A stretch of 24,940 nt of DNA from Fibrobacteria bacterium (GCA_037447435.1 JBBIGR010000058.1:1-24940), one strand, 5' to 3'. Shown: positions 1 through 9,533, numbered from the stretch's first letter. The notes: a model not told the origin generated them from the letters alone. Numbers and translations: made by a program.

Positions 1-765
1 ACGAGGTCGAGGGCAGAACCGGCCGCAAACGGCCCGCAATGGCGCATCGCGCCGATATTTAGTGTTCGTCCACACAATCGGATAATAACCGGAAGTCCAT
101 GACTGTTTTGGGTCTGTCCCCACGGGAAATCCGGTCGCGTCCACCGAACAAAGAACCTTGATGTTCGGATTTTTGCGCAAATCGTTTTTAAAACTATACC
201 ACTCACTGGTTTCGGAGTTGATCACGGTGGGAAATCCCTTTGTTACCACAAAGGAGGTGTCTTCCACTCTCAATTTAGTCGAATCCGGAAGCCACGTATT
301 GTTCACGAATTGTCCGGATCCGAAAAGCGTATCGAAATACCAAGGCCAGGCCGGAGAATGCGTGTCGCCCGGATAATTATATGCGCAGATGTGAAACGCC
401 ATGAACCCACCGCCGCGCTCGATGTATTTGCGCAGGCTGGCTTGTTCATTGGGCGCAGGCAAATCGTCGAGAAACATGACGATTTGGTATTTGTACAAAA
501 ACGCCGAATCGTTCAACTTGGTCCAATCTTTTGTCGAGTCGTAGGTAAAATTGTTTTGCGACCCGAGCTTGGGCATGAATCCGTTGGTTTCATGCGAAAA
601 GCTGTCGTGCGCCGGATCGTCGGGCTGTTCGCCGCTGCCGTTTGTCGAATAGAAAGCGATGATTTTAAAAGACGGAGTCGCGGAATAAAGTTGTACTACT
701 CCAAAAAAAAGCGATATTCCGATGGCAGCGGCCGTTTTGGAAATGGCGGAAAGGTTTAATTGCAT
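1..765 (-). CDS. ThuA-like (trehalose utilisation/class I GATase-fold) secreted protein; 3' end runs off the window
   Basis: Not in the ORF track. My manual translation of the minus strand from ATG 765 (G-run SD upstream) is open to base 1: MQLNLSAISKTAAAIGISLFFGVVQLYS (signal peptide)...DPAHDSFSHE...FTYDSTKDW...YIERGGGFMAFH...WPWYF...EWYSFKNDLRKNPNIKVLCSVD...FPVGTDPKQSWTSGYYPIVWTNTKYR. These are ThuA-family motifs. Confidence 0.8.
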   Translation of the reverse strand, partial: MQLNLSAISKTAAAIGISLFFGVVQLYSATPSFKIIAFYSTNGSGEQPDDPAHDSFSHETNGFMPKLGSQNNFTYDSTKDWTKLNDSAFLYKYQIVMFLDDLPAPNEQASLRKYIERGGGFMAFHICAYNYPGDTHSPAWPWYFDTLFGSGQFVNNTWLPDSTKLRVEDTSFVVTKGFPTVINSETSEWYSFKNDLRKNPNIKVLCSVDATGFPVGTDPKQSWTSGYYPIVWTNTKYRRDAPLRAVCGRFCPRPR

Positions 766-912
766 GAATGCCCCCCCCGGAGCTTTAAAGGTAATATGAT
801 TTTTCGGGAGCGGGCCGGCGCAATGATATTTTCCATTTCACACGCCGAAAATTCCTTGATTTCCACCGCTTCCGCAGGCTTACTTACAAAAATTAATTCT
901 TACCGACTACAA

Positions 913-940
913 GACCATAATATAATGACCATAATATAAT
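913..940 (+). repeat. Perfect 14-bp tandem duplication GACCATAATATAAT x2, each copy ending in TATAAT
   Basis: Read directly: 913-926 and 927-940 are identical and lie just upstream of arr. Confidence 0.9.
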
Positions 941-945
941 ATTGT

Positions 946-1713
946 ATGGTATCAAACGAATTAATTTGTATGGAATTCAGCCCAAGCAACAATGTCGTCA
1001 AACTATGTGTTCAAGGTATGGACCTGGCGGGAAAAGGAAAACCCGAAGAAGCGGGCAGGCTATTCCTTTTGGCCTGGAACGAAGCGAAAAACGATTTTGA
1101 AAAATACCTTGCCGCTTACAAAGTGGCTCTGCATCAAAAGAATATTTCCGAAAAATTACAATGGCTCGAAACCGCTTTGCAATTTGCATTAAGAATAAAT
1201 GACGTCACGGTCAGAAGCGCTTTCCCTTCACTCTATTCGAACATTGCTGAATGTTATGAAGCCCTAAACGACCTCGGCAATGCAAAACGGAATCATGAAC
1301 TGGCAAACTCGTTCACAAACAAACCGTCCGACACAGGCCCCTTTTATCACGGGACTAAAGCAAATTTGCGGATTGGCGATTTCCTGACGCCAGGGAGCAG
1401 GTCCAATTACAATACGGAACTCATAATGAATCACATTTACTTCACCGCCTTAGTAAACGGGGCGGGACTCGCCGCTGCACTTGCCAAAGGCGAAGGACCC
1501 GAACGCGTTTACACCGTTGAGCCGACAGGGAGCTTTGAAAATGATCCCAACGTTACAGACAAAAAATTTCCAGGCAATCCGACTCGATCGTATCGCACCC
1601 AGGCGCCCTTAAAAATCCTCGGCGAAGTAACGGATTGGGCGAAACAAACGCCGGAGGAAATCAAACAATGGCGCGAAAAGCTGAACAATATCAAAGGAAA
1701 TATTATCAATTAA
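946..1713 (+). CDS. arr: NAD(+)-rifampin ADP-ribosyltransferase with an N-terminal TPR-like helical domain (start may be ATG 970)
   Basis: The C-terminal half has Arr signatures PFYHGTKA.L..GD.L.PG..SNY, MNHIYFTA, and YTVEPTGSFENDPNVTDKKFPGNPTRSYRT. The N-terminal ~120 aa show TPR-like patterns (LYSNIAECYEALNDLGNAKRNHELA). Confidence 0.9.
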   Translation: MVSNELICMEFSPSNNVVKLCVQGMDLAGKGKPEEAGRLFLLAWNEAKNDFEKYLAAYKVALHQKNISEKLQWLETALQFALRINDVTVRSAFPSLYSNIAECYEALNDLGNAKRNHELANSFTNKPSDTGPFYHGTKANLRIGDFLTPGSRSNYNTELIMNHIYFTALVNGAGLAAALAKGEGPERVYTVEPTGSFENDPNVTDKKFPGNPTRSYRTQAPLKILGEVTDWAKQTPEEIKQWREKLNNIKGNIIN

Positions 1714-1749
1714 TTTCGGCCCGTATTCCGCTCTTCTCTTTCTCGCCGA

Positions 1750-3510
1750 TTATTTCATCAGACTGATCACCTGTTTAAGCACATGCCCGCCGGCAATAAC
1801 AACGAGCAGATACGACCCCGCGGCAATGGATTTGTCTTGCCCAAGGTCAATCGAATGCATGCCCGCCTCCTGCAGAAACGCTGCCGATTTCAACCGAAGG
1901 CGTCCATTGACACTATAGAGTCTCAGTGTTACCGGTTCCTTCGCGGACAACGAATAGGTAATGATTCCGGCGCTTGAAACACGGCAGGCAAAACCATTGG
2001 TATTGACACTATGTACAAACGAAAGAGCCGCGGTACCCGAATCGCCTGCGGTCCAGAGTTTCCCCAAAAGGGTAAGCCTTCTTGCGTCCGTGTCCAACCA
2101 GGTGCCCCAGCCTGACTGATTGGAGATTGGGTCGTACGGGGTTTTAAAAATGCCGTACGTATCGGAAGATTCCGGATTAATTGACCAATAGAAAGAATCA
2201 TACACTCCGATTTTGATCAAATAGTCGACAAACGCCTTCTGCCACTGTGCATCGGTCGTCGTATCGGTGATGTAGCCATAGCGGGTTTGCATCCGGGGTT
2301 CGGATTTTCTCGGCCAGTCCATATTTCCGCCGAATTCGCCTATGCAAACGGCATAGCCGAGCGCTTTGAGGTATCCGAAATGCTGGGCCCAGCCCTTTTC
2401 GAGCTTGACGGGGTTGATCACGATACGGCATTTCATATTTCCGAAAGCGTCTTCCACCAGGCCCGCGCATTCCGGTTGCGCTTCAAGATCCGTGAACTCC
2501 GATTGCGTGCTTACCGACGGACCGTAGCAATGGGGTGAAAATACTAGTTTACTTTTAGGCATTGACGGCGGATTGACGCCTGCTTCGTACAGATTCTCCC
2601 CCCAGTTGGGGTTATACGCCGTGTCGCCGTAAGGGGTTTTATTTACCGTTGACGGAGTCCCGTCCTGATTGCCGTTGGAAGAACCGACGCCTTCTGCAAA
2701 AATCAATATATGAGGATTCACCGCGCTGATCGCCGCATAGGCCGAGTCGATGAGAGATCGCCATTCGGTCCAGCTGTAATCCCAGGGTTCGTTGTAAATA
2801 TCGATTCCCATGACATTGTCGACGCCGATGTCCGCGCCCAAACCTGCCAGAGTTTTCAGATTGTTAAGCCATTTCGTTACATTGTAATCCTGAATGCGGG
2901 TGACGCTTGGCGGATTTCCGGTCTGCGAGCAGGAGCAATCTTCACGTTGAAAAATGTAATTATCCCGCTTCGCATCCGTCCACGGCGGACGCGCATCGAT
3001 ACGGCCCTTTCTCCAGCCTACATAGTTGGAGCAGGAATGCATATCCAGCAAAACGTAAAGCCCGGCATCCGAACATGCCTTGACCATTGCCTTGAGTGCG
3101 GAGAATGCCCCCTCGATACGCACCGATGGATTATTCTTGAGGTTCGGGCTCTTGCCTTGCGCGTCATTGTCGTCGAGCGTCTGGGGCGAAAGCGGAATCC
3201 TGATGCAATTGAATCCCAGTTTTTTTATTTCGACAGCGTCTGCGGCAATCGTGCGTGAAGACGGCGACCAGAAAACATTGCCCATGTATAATTCCATCGG
3301 AGCGCCTCCGGGGTTGACCGCATCCGAAGGGAGCTCCTGCCTTCCTTCGAGGCCAAACCATGCCCCGCCCTTGACGCGAAAGATTGCGCCGTTAAGGGTA
3401 ATATTGCCTTTTGAATCGACCACCCATTCATTGGCCGCCTGTGACGTTGTAAAGATGATGCAAGACAGAATTGCGGCGAAAAGAACCGGCTTCCATTTTT
3501 TGTGTTTCAT
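1750..3510 (-). CDS. Secreted glycoside hydrolase family 5 (cellulase-like) with a C-terminal T9SS/Por-type sorting domain
   Basis: Start re-assigned to ATG 3510 (GGAGG SD; signal peptide MKHKKWKPVLFAAILSCIIFTTSQA). GH5 motifs: GFNCIRIP, LLDMHS, IYNEPW (acid/base), FSPHCYGP, IGEFGG (nucleophile), FYWSINP. The C-terminus ITYSL...LRLYSVNGR...GSYLL resembles a CTD. Confidence 0.88.
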   Translation of the reverse strand: MKHKKWKPVLFAAILSCIIFTTSQAANEWVVDSKGNITLNGAIFRVKGGAWFGLEGRQELPSDAVNPGGAPMELYMGNVFWSPSSRTIAADAVEIKKLGFNCIRIPLSPQTLDDNDAQGKSPNLKNNPSVRIEGAFSALKAMVKACSDAGLYVLLDMHSCSNYVGWRKGRIDARPPWTDAKRDNYIFQREDCSCSQTGNPPSVTRIQDYNVTKWLNNLKTLAGLGADIGVDNVMGIDIYNEPWDYSWTEWRSLIDSAYAAISAVNPHILIFAEGVGSSNGNQDGTPSTVNKTPYGDTAYNPNWGENLYEAGVNPPSMPKSKLVFSPHCYGPSVSTQSEFTDLEAQPECAGLVEDAFGNMKCRIVINPVKLEKGWAQHFGYLKALGYAVCIGEFGGNMDWPRKSEPRMQTRYGYITDTTTDAQWQKAFVDYLIKIGVYDSFYWSINPESSDTYGIFKTPYDPISNQSGWGTWLDTDARRLTLLGKLWTAGDSGTAALSFVHSVNTNGFACRVSSAGIITYSLSAKEPVTLRLYSVNGRLRLKSAAFLQEAGMHSIDLGQDKSIAAGSYLLVVIAGGHVLKQVISLMK

Positions 3511-3779
3511 TGTAACATCCTCCGTTTTTGTTTTGGACTGTTTGTTGTTTCGCCGAATTGAATCCACAGCATTTCTCGCAGCCGGAGTCCTTCAATCCGG
3601 GGCCTTTTTTCGATTATCAATATACCCGCAAAAAGTTGCTCAATGCACGGGAAACGACCGATCGGGCAAAAAAAAGGTGACATATATGTCCACAAACGTG
3701 GTCATGACCGACGAGGGGAAACGATGGGAGGGATTGACTTCGTTACGCTGTAAAAACAGGAACCGGTATTTCGTCGCCG

Positions 3780-4577
3780 CTATTGCTCGGTCTTTTCTTT
3801 GCCGGGGAAAAGAAAACCGAACATGATGCCGAAGGAAACGCTCGTGCGCATTGCAGGAAATTCGGCCTTGAGCATATGCACGCCAAGTTCAGGCGTCAGG
3901 GAGAAACGCTTTATCCTGCCGACAACGCCTGCGTGTACCGAAATCCTGTTGCAGGCAGTATACTTTGATGTAATGCCATAGGCGCCCAGATTCGTGGTGT
4001 CGTCCAGACCTACCTGATTGTATCCGTACCCTACCGCAAGGTACGGCGTGACGTGCTTATTGACATCATAGGAAAATATGAACGGCAATTCCGCGCCCCA
4101 GAGGAAATAATTGTCGTTGATTGCCGAAAGACCGGTGTCGCCTTCCGACCGCATGAAAATGAATGCCGGTAAAATTCCCCATTGAAACGGCGAAGACGCC
4201 GGTGTAAAGCTCAGCGTCATGGCTGTCCTGCTGCCGACGGCATAGCCGCCGAACTTGATCGGAAGCCATGCCATTTCGGAAAAATCGACGTTCTGAAAAG
4301 CGCCTACTCTGATCCTTGCCGCCGCGTAATCGTGCGTCAAAACACCCTTTTCGTTACCGAAAAGAACTTCGTTGCTGTCTTTATCGTAAACGCCCAATAC
4401 CTGCGCCGCGTAATCCAGCCCTACGCCCAATCCGCCGTTTATTTGCACGCGCCCCGGCTCAAGCGGACGCGCATCCTGACACATATTGACCGCTACCGCC
4501 GAGCATGACGGAAACCCGAGCGAACAAACAACCCATATTACACCACAACCGAGAATCTTTATTGTTTTTTTCCTCAT
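3780..4577 (-). CDS. Hypothetical exported/outer-membrane protein (possible lipoprotein, beta-strand rich)
   Basis: Likely start ATG 4577 (MRKKTIKILGCGVIW...FPSC). Alternating-hydrophobic strands (VTPYLAVGYGY, FSLTPELGV, VSFGIMFGFLF) resemble a beta-barrel. No family recognised. Confidence 0.6.
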   Translation of the reverse strand: MRKKTIKILGCGVIWVVCSLGFPSCSAVAVNMCQDARPLEPGRVQINGGLGVGLDYAAQVLGVYDKDSNEVLFGNEKGVLTHDYAAARIRVGAFQNVDFSEMAWLPIKFGGYAVGSRTAMTLSFTPASSPFQWGILPAFIFMRSEGDTGLSAINDNYFLWGAELPFIFSYDVNKHVTPYLAVGYGYNQVGLDDTTNLGAYGITSKYTACNRISVHAGVVGRIKRFSLTPELGVHMLKAEFPAMRTSVSFGIMFGFLFPGKEKTEQ

Positions 4578-4838
4578 ATTTTTCTTGCCCCCTTCGCCTT
4601 TGCGGCAGTATCCTTGACCGAATTCAATCAACAAAATAGCAATTTACGCATACAATTGTCAAATCAGGGAATAGGAACTCCGAAAGCGTATCGTCAAAAT
4701 CGTTTGGGAAAGCCTGCCGCCCTTTACGACATTATCCGGAGTTTTTAAATTTGATTAGTATTTATTATTAATCGTATTTTCCTACTACCGATGCCCGTGT
4801 GGTTCCTCCTCAGCTTAAATAACAATATGAAGGCGATT

Positions 4839-5951
4839 ATGAACGAACACTATGTCCATGGATACGATTGCAAAGAGAATATTCGGTTGCAAGACCAAGC
4901 CCGGACATTTATCGCAAAGCTGGGATTCGATGAACGGTTTCGGAATTCGGCTATCGAATTCATGAAAGACGATTTAACAATCGCAAGAGTGATTGAAGTC
5001 AATAAAAACAGCTATATGATATCTATCGGAAATTGCGAGATGATTGCGGAATTGTCGGGCAAATTCATGTTTGGCGCCGAGAACGCCACCGATTTGCCCA
5101 CGGTCGGCGATTGGGTCGCGATTCAAGCTCTGGACAATTTCACTTTTGCCATTATCCATTCCGTCTTGCCGCGCCGAACCGTATTGAAGCGCAAAGAATC
5201 CGGTAAACGAATCGATTTTCAGCTCATCGCGGCAAACATAGACTTCGGATTGGTCATGCAACCGGCCGACCAGGTCAATTTCAAATTACTTGACAGATAT
5301 TTTGTCATGCTCAACGAATGCAAAATCGAGCCTATAGTCGTCATCAGTAAAATCGACCTGTTGTCGTCCCAGGAAATCGAAGCGCTGAAGAATGATTTAT
5401 CCAAACTCAAAAATCAATATTTACTCATCAGCAATACCGCAGACAAAGATACCGATGGATTGTCCGGCAAACTCGTTCCGTTCAAGACGTATTGCCTGCT
5501 TGGCAAATCCGGCGTCGGTAAAACCTCGTTGCTCAACTCTTTGCTGCACAAGAATGTTCTCAAGATAAATGAAATACGTGAGAAAGACGGAAGAGGCCGG
5601 CATACTACCGTGAAGCGGCAATTAATCTGTCTGGATTCGGGGAGCATTTTTATTGATACTCCCGGAATGCGGGAACTGGGGAATTTTGAAATCGGCACCG
5701 GATTAGACCGGACATTTGATGAGGTTTTATCGCATGCGCGAAATTGCCGTTTCAGGGATTGTACGCATACTCACGAAGAGGGATGTGCGATTTTGCAAGC
5801 CGTAACAGACGGCGAAATAGATGAAGATCGGTACATGAATTATCTAAAGTTGAAGAAAGAAGCGGATTTCTATTCGATGTCGTATTTAGAAAGACGAAAA
5901 AAAGACAAATCGTTTGGAAAAATGAAAAAAAATTATTATAAAAAACTATGA
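4839..5951 (+). CDS. rsgA: Ribosome small subunit-dependent GTPase A family protein
   Basis: OB-fold PTVGDWV and LPRRTVLKRK; QLIAANID; circularly permuted GTPase motifs SKIDL, GKSGVGKTSL, GRHTT, DTPGMRE; Zn finger CRFRDCTHTHEEGC. Start set at ATG 4839; 4827 is an alternative. Confidence 0.9.
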   Translation: MNEHYVHGYDCKENIRLQDQARTFIAKLGFDERFRNSAIEFMKDDLTIARVIEVNKNSYMISIGNCEMIAELSGKFMFGAENATDLPTVGDWVAIQALDNFTFAIIHSVLPRRTVLKRKESGKRIDFQLIAANIDFGLVMQPADQVNFKLLDRYFVMLNECKIEPIVVISKIDLLSSQEIEALKNDLSKLKNQYLLISNTADKDTDGLSGKLVPFKTYCLLGKSGVGKTSLLNSLLHKNVLKINEIREKDGRGRHTTVKRQLICLDSGSIFIDTPGMRELGNFEIGTGLDRTFDEVLSHARNCRFRDCTHTHEEGCAILQAVTDGEIDEDRYMNYLKLKKEADFYSMSYLERRKKDKSFGKMKKNYYKKL

Positions 5952-6526
5952 ATTCGACAACGACAACGACTATTCTCTCTTTCAGCACGGCAAAAAAATG
6001 GCGCGAATGGCTTGCAAAGAACCATTCGAAATCGACGGGGATTTGGTTGCGCATTTATAAAAAGGATTCCGGCACCGAAACGGTTACTTACGATGAGGCT
6101 TTGGATGAAGCCTTATGCCAGGGCTGGATCGACGGGCAAAAGAAACCGTATGACGGGCAATCGTGGTTGCAAAAATTCACTCCCCGGAGAAAAAAAAGCA
6201 TCTGGTCGCAAAGAAACAAAGAAAACATTACCCGGCTCGTCATAGAAAAGAGAATGCAGCCGGCCGGTCTGAGCGAAGTGGAAGCTGCAAAAAAAGACGG
6301 CAGATGGGACAATGCCTACGACTCTTCCGCTCATGCAACTATTCCCGCCGATTTTTTGCAGGCACTCTCAAAGAACAAAAAGGCGGAAGCATTTTTCAAG
6401 ACCCTTAACAAGGCGAATTTGTATGCCGTCGCATGGCGCCTGCAAACCGCAAAGAAACCGGAAACAAGAGAGAAACGACTGAATGCAATACTTTCGATGA
6501 TGGAACAAGGAATCAAGTTTCATTGA
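5948..6526 (+). CDS. YdeI/OmpD-associated (bacteriocin-protection) family protein
   Basis: WREWLAKNH, EALDEALCQGWIDG, FTPRRKKSIWSQRN, MQPAGL, P.DF..AL, AKKPETREKR. ATGA overlap with rsgA suggests translational coupling. Confidence 0.88.
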   Translation: MNSTTTTTILSFSTAKKWREWLAKNHSKSTGIWLRIYKKDSGTETVTYDEALDEALCQGWIDGQKKPYDGQSWLQKFTPRRKKSIWSQRNKENITRLVIEKRMQPAGLSEVEAAKKDGRWDNAYDSSAHATIPADFLQALSKNKKAEAFFKTLNKANLYAVAWRLQTAKKPETREKRLNAILSMMEQGIKFH

Positions 6527-6580
6527 TCAATGTCAATTGCAAGATTTTGTCGCCTCACGCTTTTCCAAAGCACGATAATC

Positions 6581-6967
6581 TTATCCGATACGGCGGGATA
6601 TCCCAAGCAGCTTTCTCACATTGCTTTTCAATTCCTTGAGTTCAAATGGTTTGTACATCAAAAGATCCGACGGCAGTATTGCTTTGCTTTTTACAAAATC
6701 CTTTGCAAGGATCAATGCGGTAAAAATAAGCACCCGGGTTTTATCCAGTTTCGGGTTCGAGCGAATCTCTTTGTAAAGCTTCCATCCGTCCGGTTCCGGT
6801 ATCATAATATCCAGAATAACAAGATCAGGTTCATCGATAAGTTTTGCGCGCGCCGCGATACCGTTGTCAACATAGAGTTTGGAATATTCGGGGTCCGATA
6901 GCGTAATATCGATTAGCTCACCGATATGCTGATCATCTTCAACTATGAGAATCGTATATTTTTGCAT
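6581..6967 (-). CDS. Single-domain response regulator (receiver only)
   Basis: ILIVEDD, PDLVILDIMIP (phospho-Asp), FTA and KPF motifs; no output domain in 128 aa. Confidence 0.88.
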   Translation of the reverse strand: MQKYTILIVEDDQHIGELIDITLSDPEYSKLYVDNGIAARAKLIDEPDLVILDIMIPEPDGWKLYKEIRSNPKLDKTRVLIFTALILAKDFVKSKAILPSDLLMYKPFELKELKSNVRKLLGISRRIG

Positions 6968-7162
6968 AGCGATGCCCCTATTTCAAAACAGTATGCAATT
7001 TCCATTGTCATAAAATACGCTGCCTTGATTAGAATCCCGCTACGATTGCGTGACAATTGAATGAGCGGCTAAAATTTTGAAATCAGCAGAAAATTGCATG
7101 GAAACAATGTCCAACAAAGTATAATTATTATGGCCCTGTAAAAAGATAAACTATAAATCCTC

Positions 7163-9052
7163 ATGAACTTTACGCAATTCATCGTTTTTTACGGACTCAC
7201 CTTTTTCGGCATGATCTGCCTGTGGCGTTTTTGGCCTAAGCGCGGACCGCTGTGGGGCATTTTCCTGATCGCCATTGCTTTTCGCGCCGCACTTCTGCCG
7301 CTTCCCGCGAATAACGATATCAACAGATATATATGGGAAGGGGAAATCCAGAACGCAGGATACAATCCCTATGTGCTTGCGCCCGATTCTCCCCGCCTCG
7401 CGCATTTGCGCGATGCCGTATGGAACGATGTCAACCATAAAGACGTGCCGGCCGTGTATGGACCTTTTGCCGAATTGCTTTTCCGTTTATGCGCCGTAAA
7501 AACAACGTCGCCGTTTTTTTTCAAAATCGTTTTTGTCTTGTTCGATCTGGGAACATTGCTTTTTTTGACCCTGCTTTCGCGCACATGGAACGTTGAGCCC
7601 CGCCATCTCTTTTTGTATGCGATTAATCCTCTGTTGCTTTATGTGATTGCCGGAGAAGGACATCTCGAAAGCGTCATGCTCTTTTTTATTACGGGTTGTT
7701 TTTATTTCTTTCGCAAACAAAAGCACGGCCTTACGTTTCTTTTTTTCGGCCTTGCCTGCGCCACAAAGCTCACCCCCCTTGTTCTGCTTCCGTTTTTGCT
7801 GAAACGCAATACCATTGCCTGGTCGGCCCTTATTTTAATTCCTTTGGGACTATACGGACTGTATTTTTCGCCCGGCATGTCGTTTCTCTCGGTGCCGATG
7901 CAATTTGCCACCCAATTTCATTTCAACGGATTTGCCGCAACGATTCTTTTGCGACTATTGCCCTTTTCGCAGGTTCCTTCGCTATGCCTGGCATTATTGA
8001 TCGGCATATTGCTCTACCTTTTCTTCTTTGTCCCCGACCGTTTACGGGCGGCAATGTATGCGGCGGGCGCCTTTTTCCTGCTATCGACAACCGCGCATCC
8101 CTGGTATCTGCTCCTTGTCACGGTTCTTTTGCCGTTCTACCGGTCGCCGCCCTGGATCGCATTGCATCTGACCGTCGGATTTTCGGCACTTGTCAATATC
8201 GGATACGTTCGGACCGGCATATGGAAAGAATCATCCCTTTTATGGGCTGCAGAATATGTCCCGTTCGTCCTGATTTACCTTTGGAGCGTTGTACGCGGCA
8301 TTTCGTTCGGGCCTGCCCGTTACGGACCGCCCTCTTTTCTCTCTATAATCATCCCGACACTGAACGAGCGTGAAAACATTGTCGCATGCATCAATGCCGT
8401 CGTACCGTGTGCCGAACTTTGCCACGAGATTATCGTTGCCGACGGCGGATCGACCGATGGGACGCTCGAGGCGCTTGCAAGCCTTCCCTCGGTACGGACC
8501 GCGATATCGGCCAAAGGACGCGGGCTTCAAATCAAGCAGGGTATGAGCGCGGCCAAAGGTGACGTCATTCTCATATTGCATGCCGATAGCAGGCCGAACA
8601 AGACGCTGATTCCCTTGCTTTATGATGCTCTTAAACATAATCCGCATATGTCCGGCGGCTCTTTTCGCGCATGCTACAAAAGCGCGCGGAAGCGGTATGC
8701 ACTCACGACGCTGCTCAATAACTACCGCAATATTCTTACCGGTATTTCGTTTGGCGATCAGGCCCAGTTCTTCAGGACTGCAGCAGTAAAAGACCGGTTC
8801 CCGGCATATAAAATCATGGAGGATGTCGAACTTTCTTTTCTCATGAAAGAAAGCGGCGCCGTGGCATTTCTTCCTTGCGGCATAAACAATTCGGTACGGA
8901 AATGGGAGCGCGACGGCTATGTGTCGAACTTCGCCCTCGTTGTTTGGCTTACGACAAAGTACGTGCTGCAGCGGGGCTTCGGGCTTGTTTCCTCGGATTG
9001 CGAAGACTACTTTACTCGTTATTATCAAGGAAGACATACCGTAACGCATTAG
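7163..9052 (+). CDS. Fusion of a GT87/DUF2029-like multi-TM GT-C glycosyltransferase and a TIGR04283-family GT2 (arsenosugar-associated) glycosyltransferase
   Basis: N-terminal ~380 aa are hydrophobic with DINRYIWEG..GYNPY..AP, VNH...YGP, NPL...GEGHLE and HPWY. C-terminal SIIIPTLNE, DGGSTDGT, GRG.Q..G, LHADS, FGDQAQF, MEDVE and S.RKW match TIGR04283. Confidence 0.82.
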   Translation: MNFTQFIVFYGLTFFGMICLWRFWPKRGPLWGIFLIAIAFRAALLPLPANNDINRYIWEGEIQNAGYNPYVLAPDSPRLAHLRDAVWNDVNHKDVPAVYGPFAELLFRLCAVKTTSPFFFKIVFVLFDLGTLLFLTLLSRTWNVEPRHLFLYAINPLLLYVIAGEGHLESVMLFFITGCFYFFRKQKHGLTFLFFGLACATKLTPLVLLPFLLKRNTIAWSALILIPLGLYGLYFSPGMSFLSVPMQFATQFHFNGFAATILLRLLPFSQVPSLCLALLIGILLYLFFFVPDRLRAAMYAAGAFFLLSTTAHPWYLLLVTVLLPFYRSPPWIALHLTVGFSALVNIGYVRTGIWKESSLLWAAEYVPFVLIYLWSVVRGISFGPARYGPPSFLSIIIPTLNERENIVACINAVVPCAELCHEIIVADGGSTDGTLEALASLPSVRTAISAKGRGLQIKQGMSAAKGDVILILHADSRPNKTLIPLLYDALKHNPHMSGGSFRACYKSARKRYALTTLLNNYRNILTGISFGDQAQFFRTAAVKDRFPAYKIMEDVELSFLMKESGAVAFLPCGINNSVRKWERDGYVSNFALVVWLTTKYVLQRGFGLVSSDCEDYFTRYYQGRHTVTH

Positions 9053-9083
9053 CGCGTTGCCGGGTAATAACCGGGCCCACCGA

Positions 9084-9533
9084 TCATTTTATAGAATCGA
9101 ATTTTTCGCGTATGGTCTCCATTCGCTTCCGGTTGACACCCATGTCGCCGGAGCCAAGCCGCGAGGCCGACCTGAATTGAACGGTTTTACTATTGTCTTC
9201 GAAAATGAATTCCACATCGTCCACAAACCGCCACATCAGCGAAGTAAATTCGGCATCCACGTAATTACCAGCGTTGGAAATGATCCTGGTGCGCGGCAGC
9301 GAGTTGATTACTTGTATAAGCCTTTGCTTTGCCTCGTCCATGGTCCCGGTGTAGGAGTAAGGTTTTATTGCATGGGTCTTGTCGGATGCAAAGGTCGATA
9401 CGCAATTGGGCGTATTGGGGCATGGCGCCAATCTTCCATCCCGCGCACCCAAATTGGATGGCCGGGTCCCTGAACAAGTACACAAAACAAGAATAATGCC
9501 GCTGCACAGTACTTTTGATAATGTCCGAATCAT
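9084..9533 (-). CDS. DUF1499 domain-containing (lipo)protein
   Basis: LAPCPNTPNCVST, FTSLMWRFVDDVEF, RSASRLGSGDMGVNRKR. ATG 9533 overlaps the upstream stop (TAATG). Confidence 0.85.
   Translation of the reverse strand: MIRTLSKVLCSGIILVLCTCSGTRPSNLGARDGRLAPCPNTPNCVSTFASDKTHAIKPYSYTGTMDEAKQRLIQVINSLPRTRIISNAGNYVDAEFTSLMWRFVDDVEFIFEDNSKTVQFRSASRLGSGDMGVNRKRMETIREKFDSIK

Noticed and set aside
158..759. Plus-strand ORFs 158-376 and 310-759
   Set aside because: They are antisense shadows of the ThuA-like gene.
3540..3779. Riboswitch (e.g. c-di-GMP) upstream of GH5
   Set aside because: I found only a short ccgga/tccgg stem and could not identify the conserved aptamer motifs. An Rfam scan would be needed.
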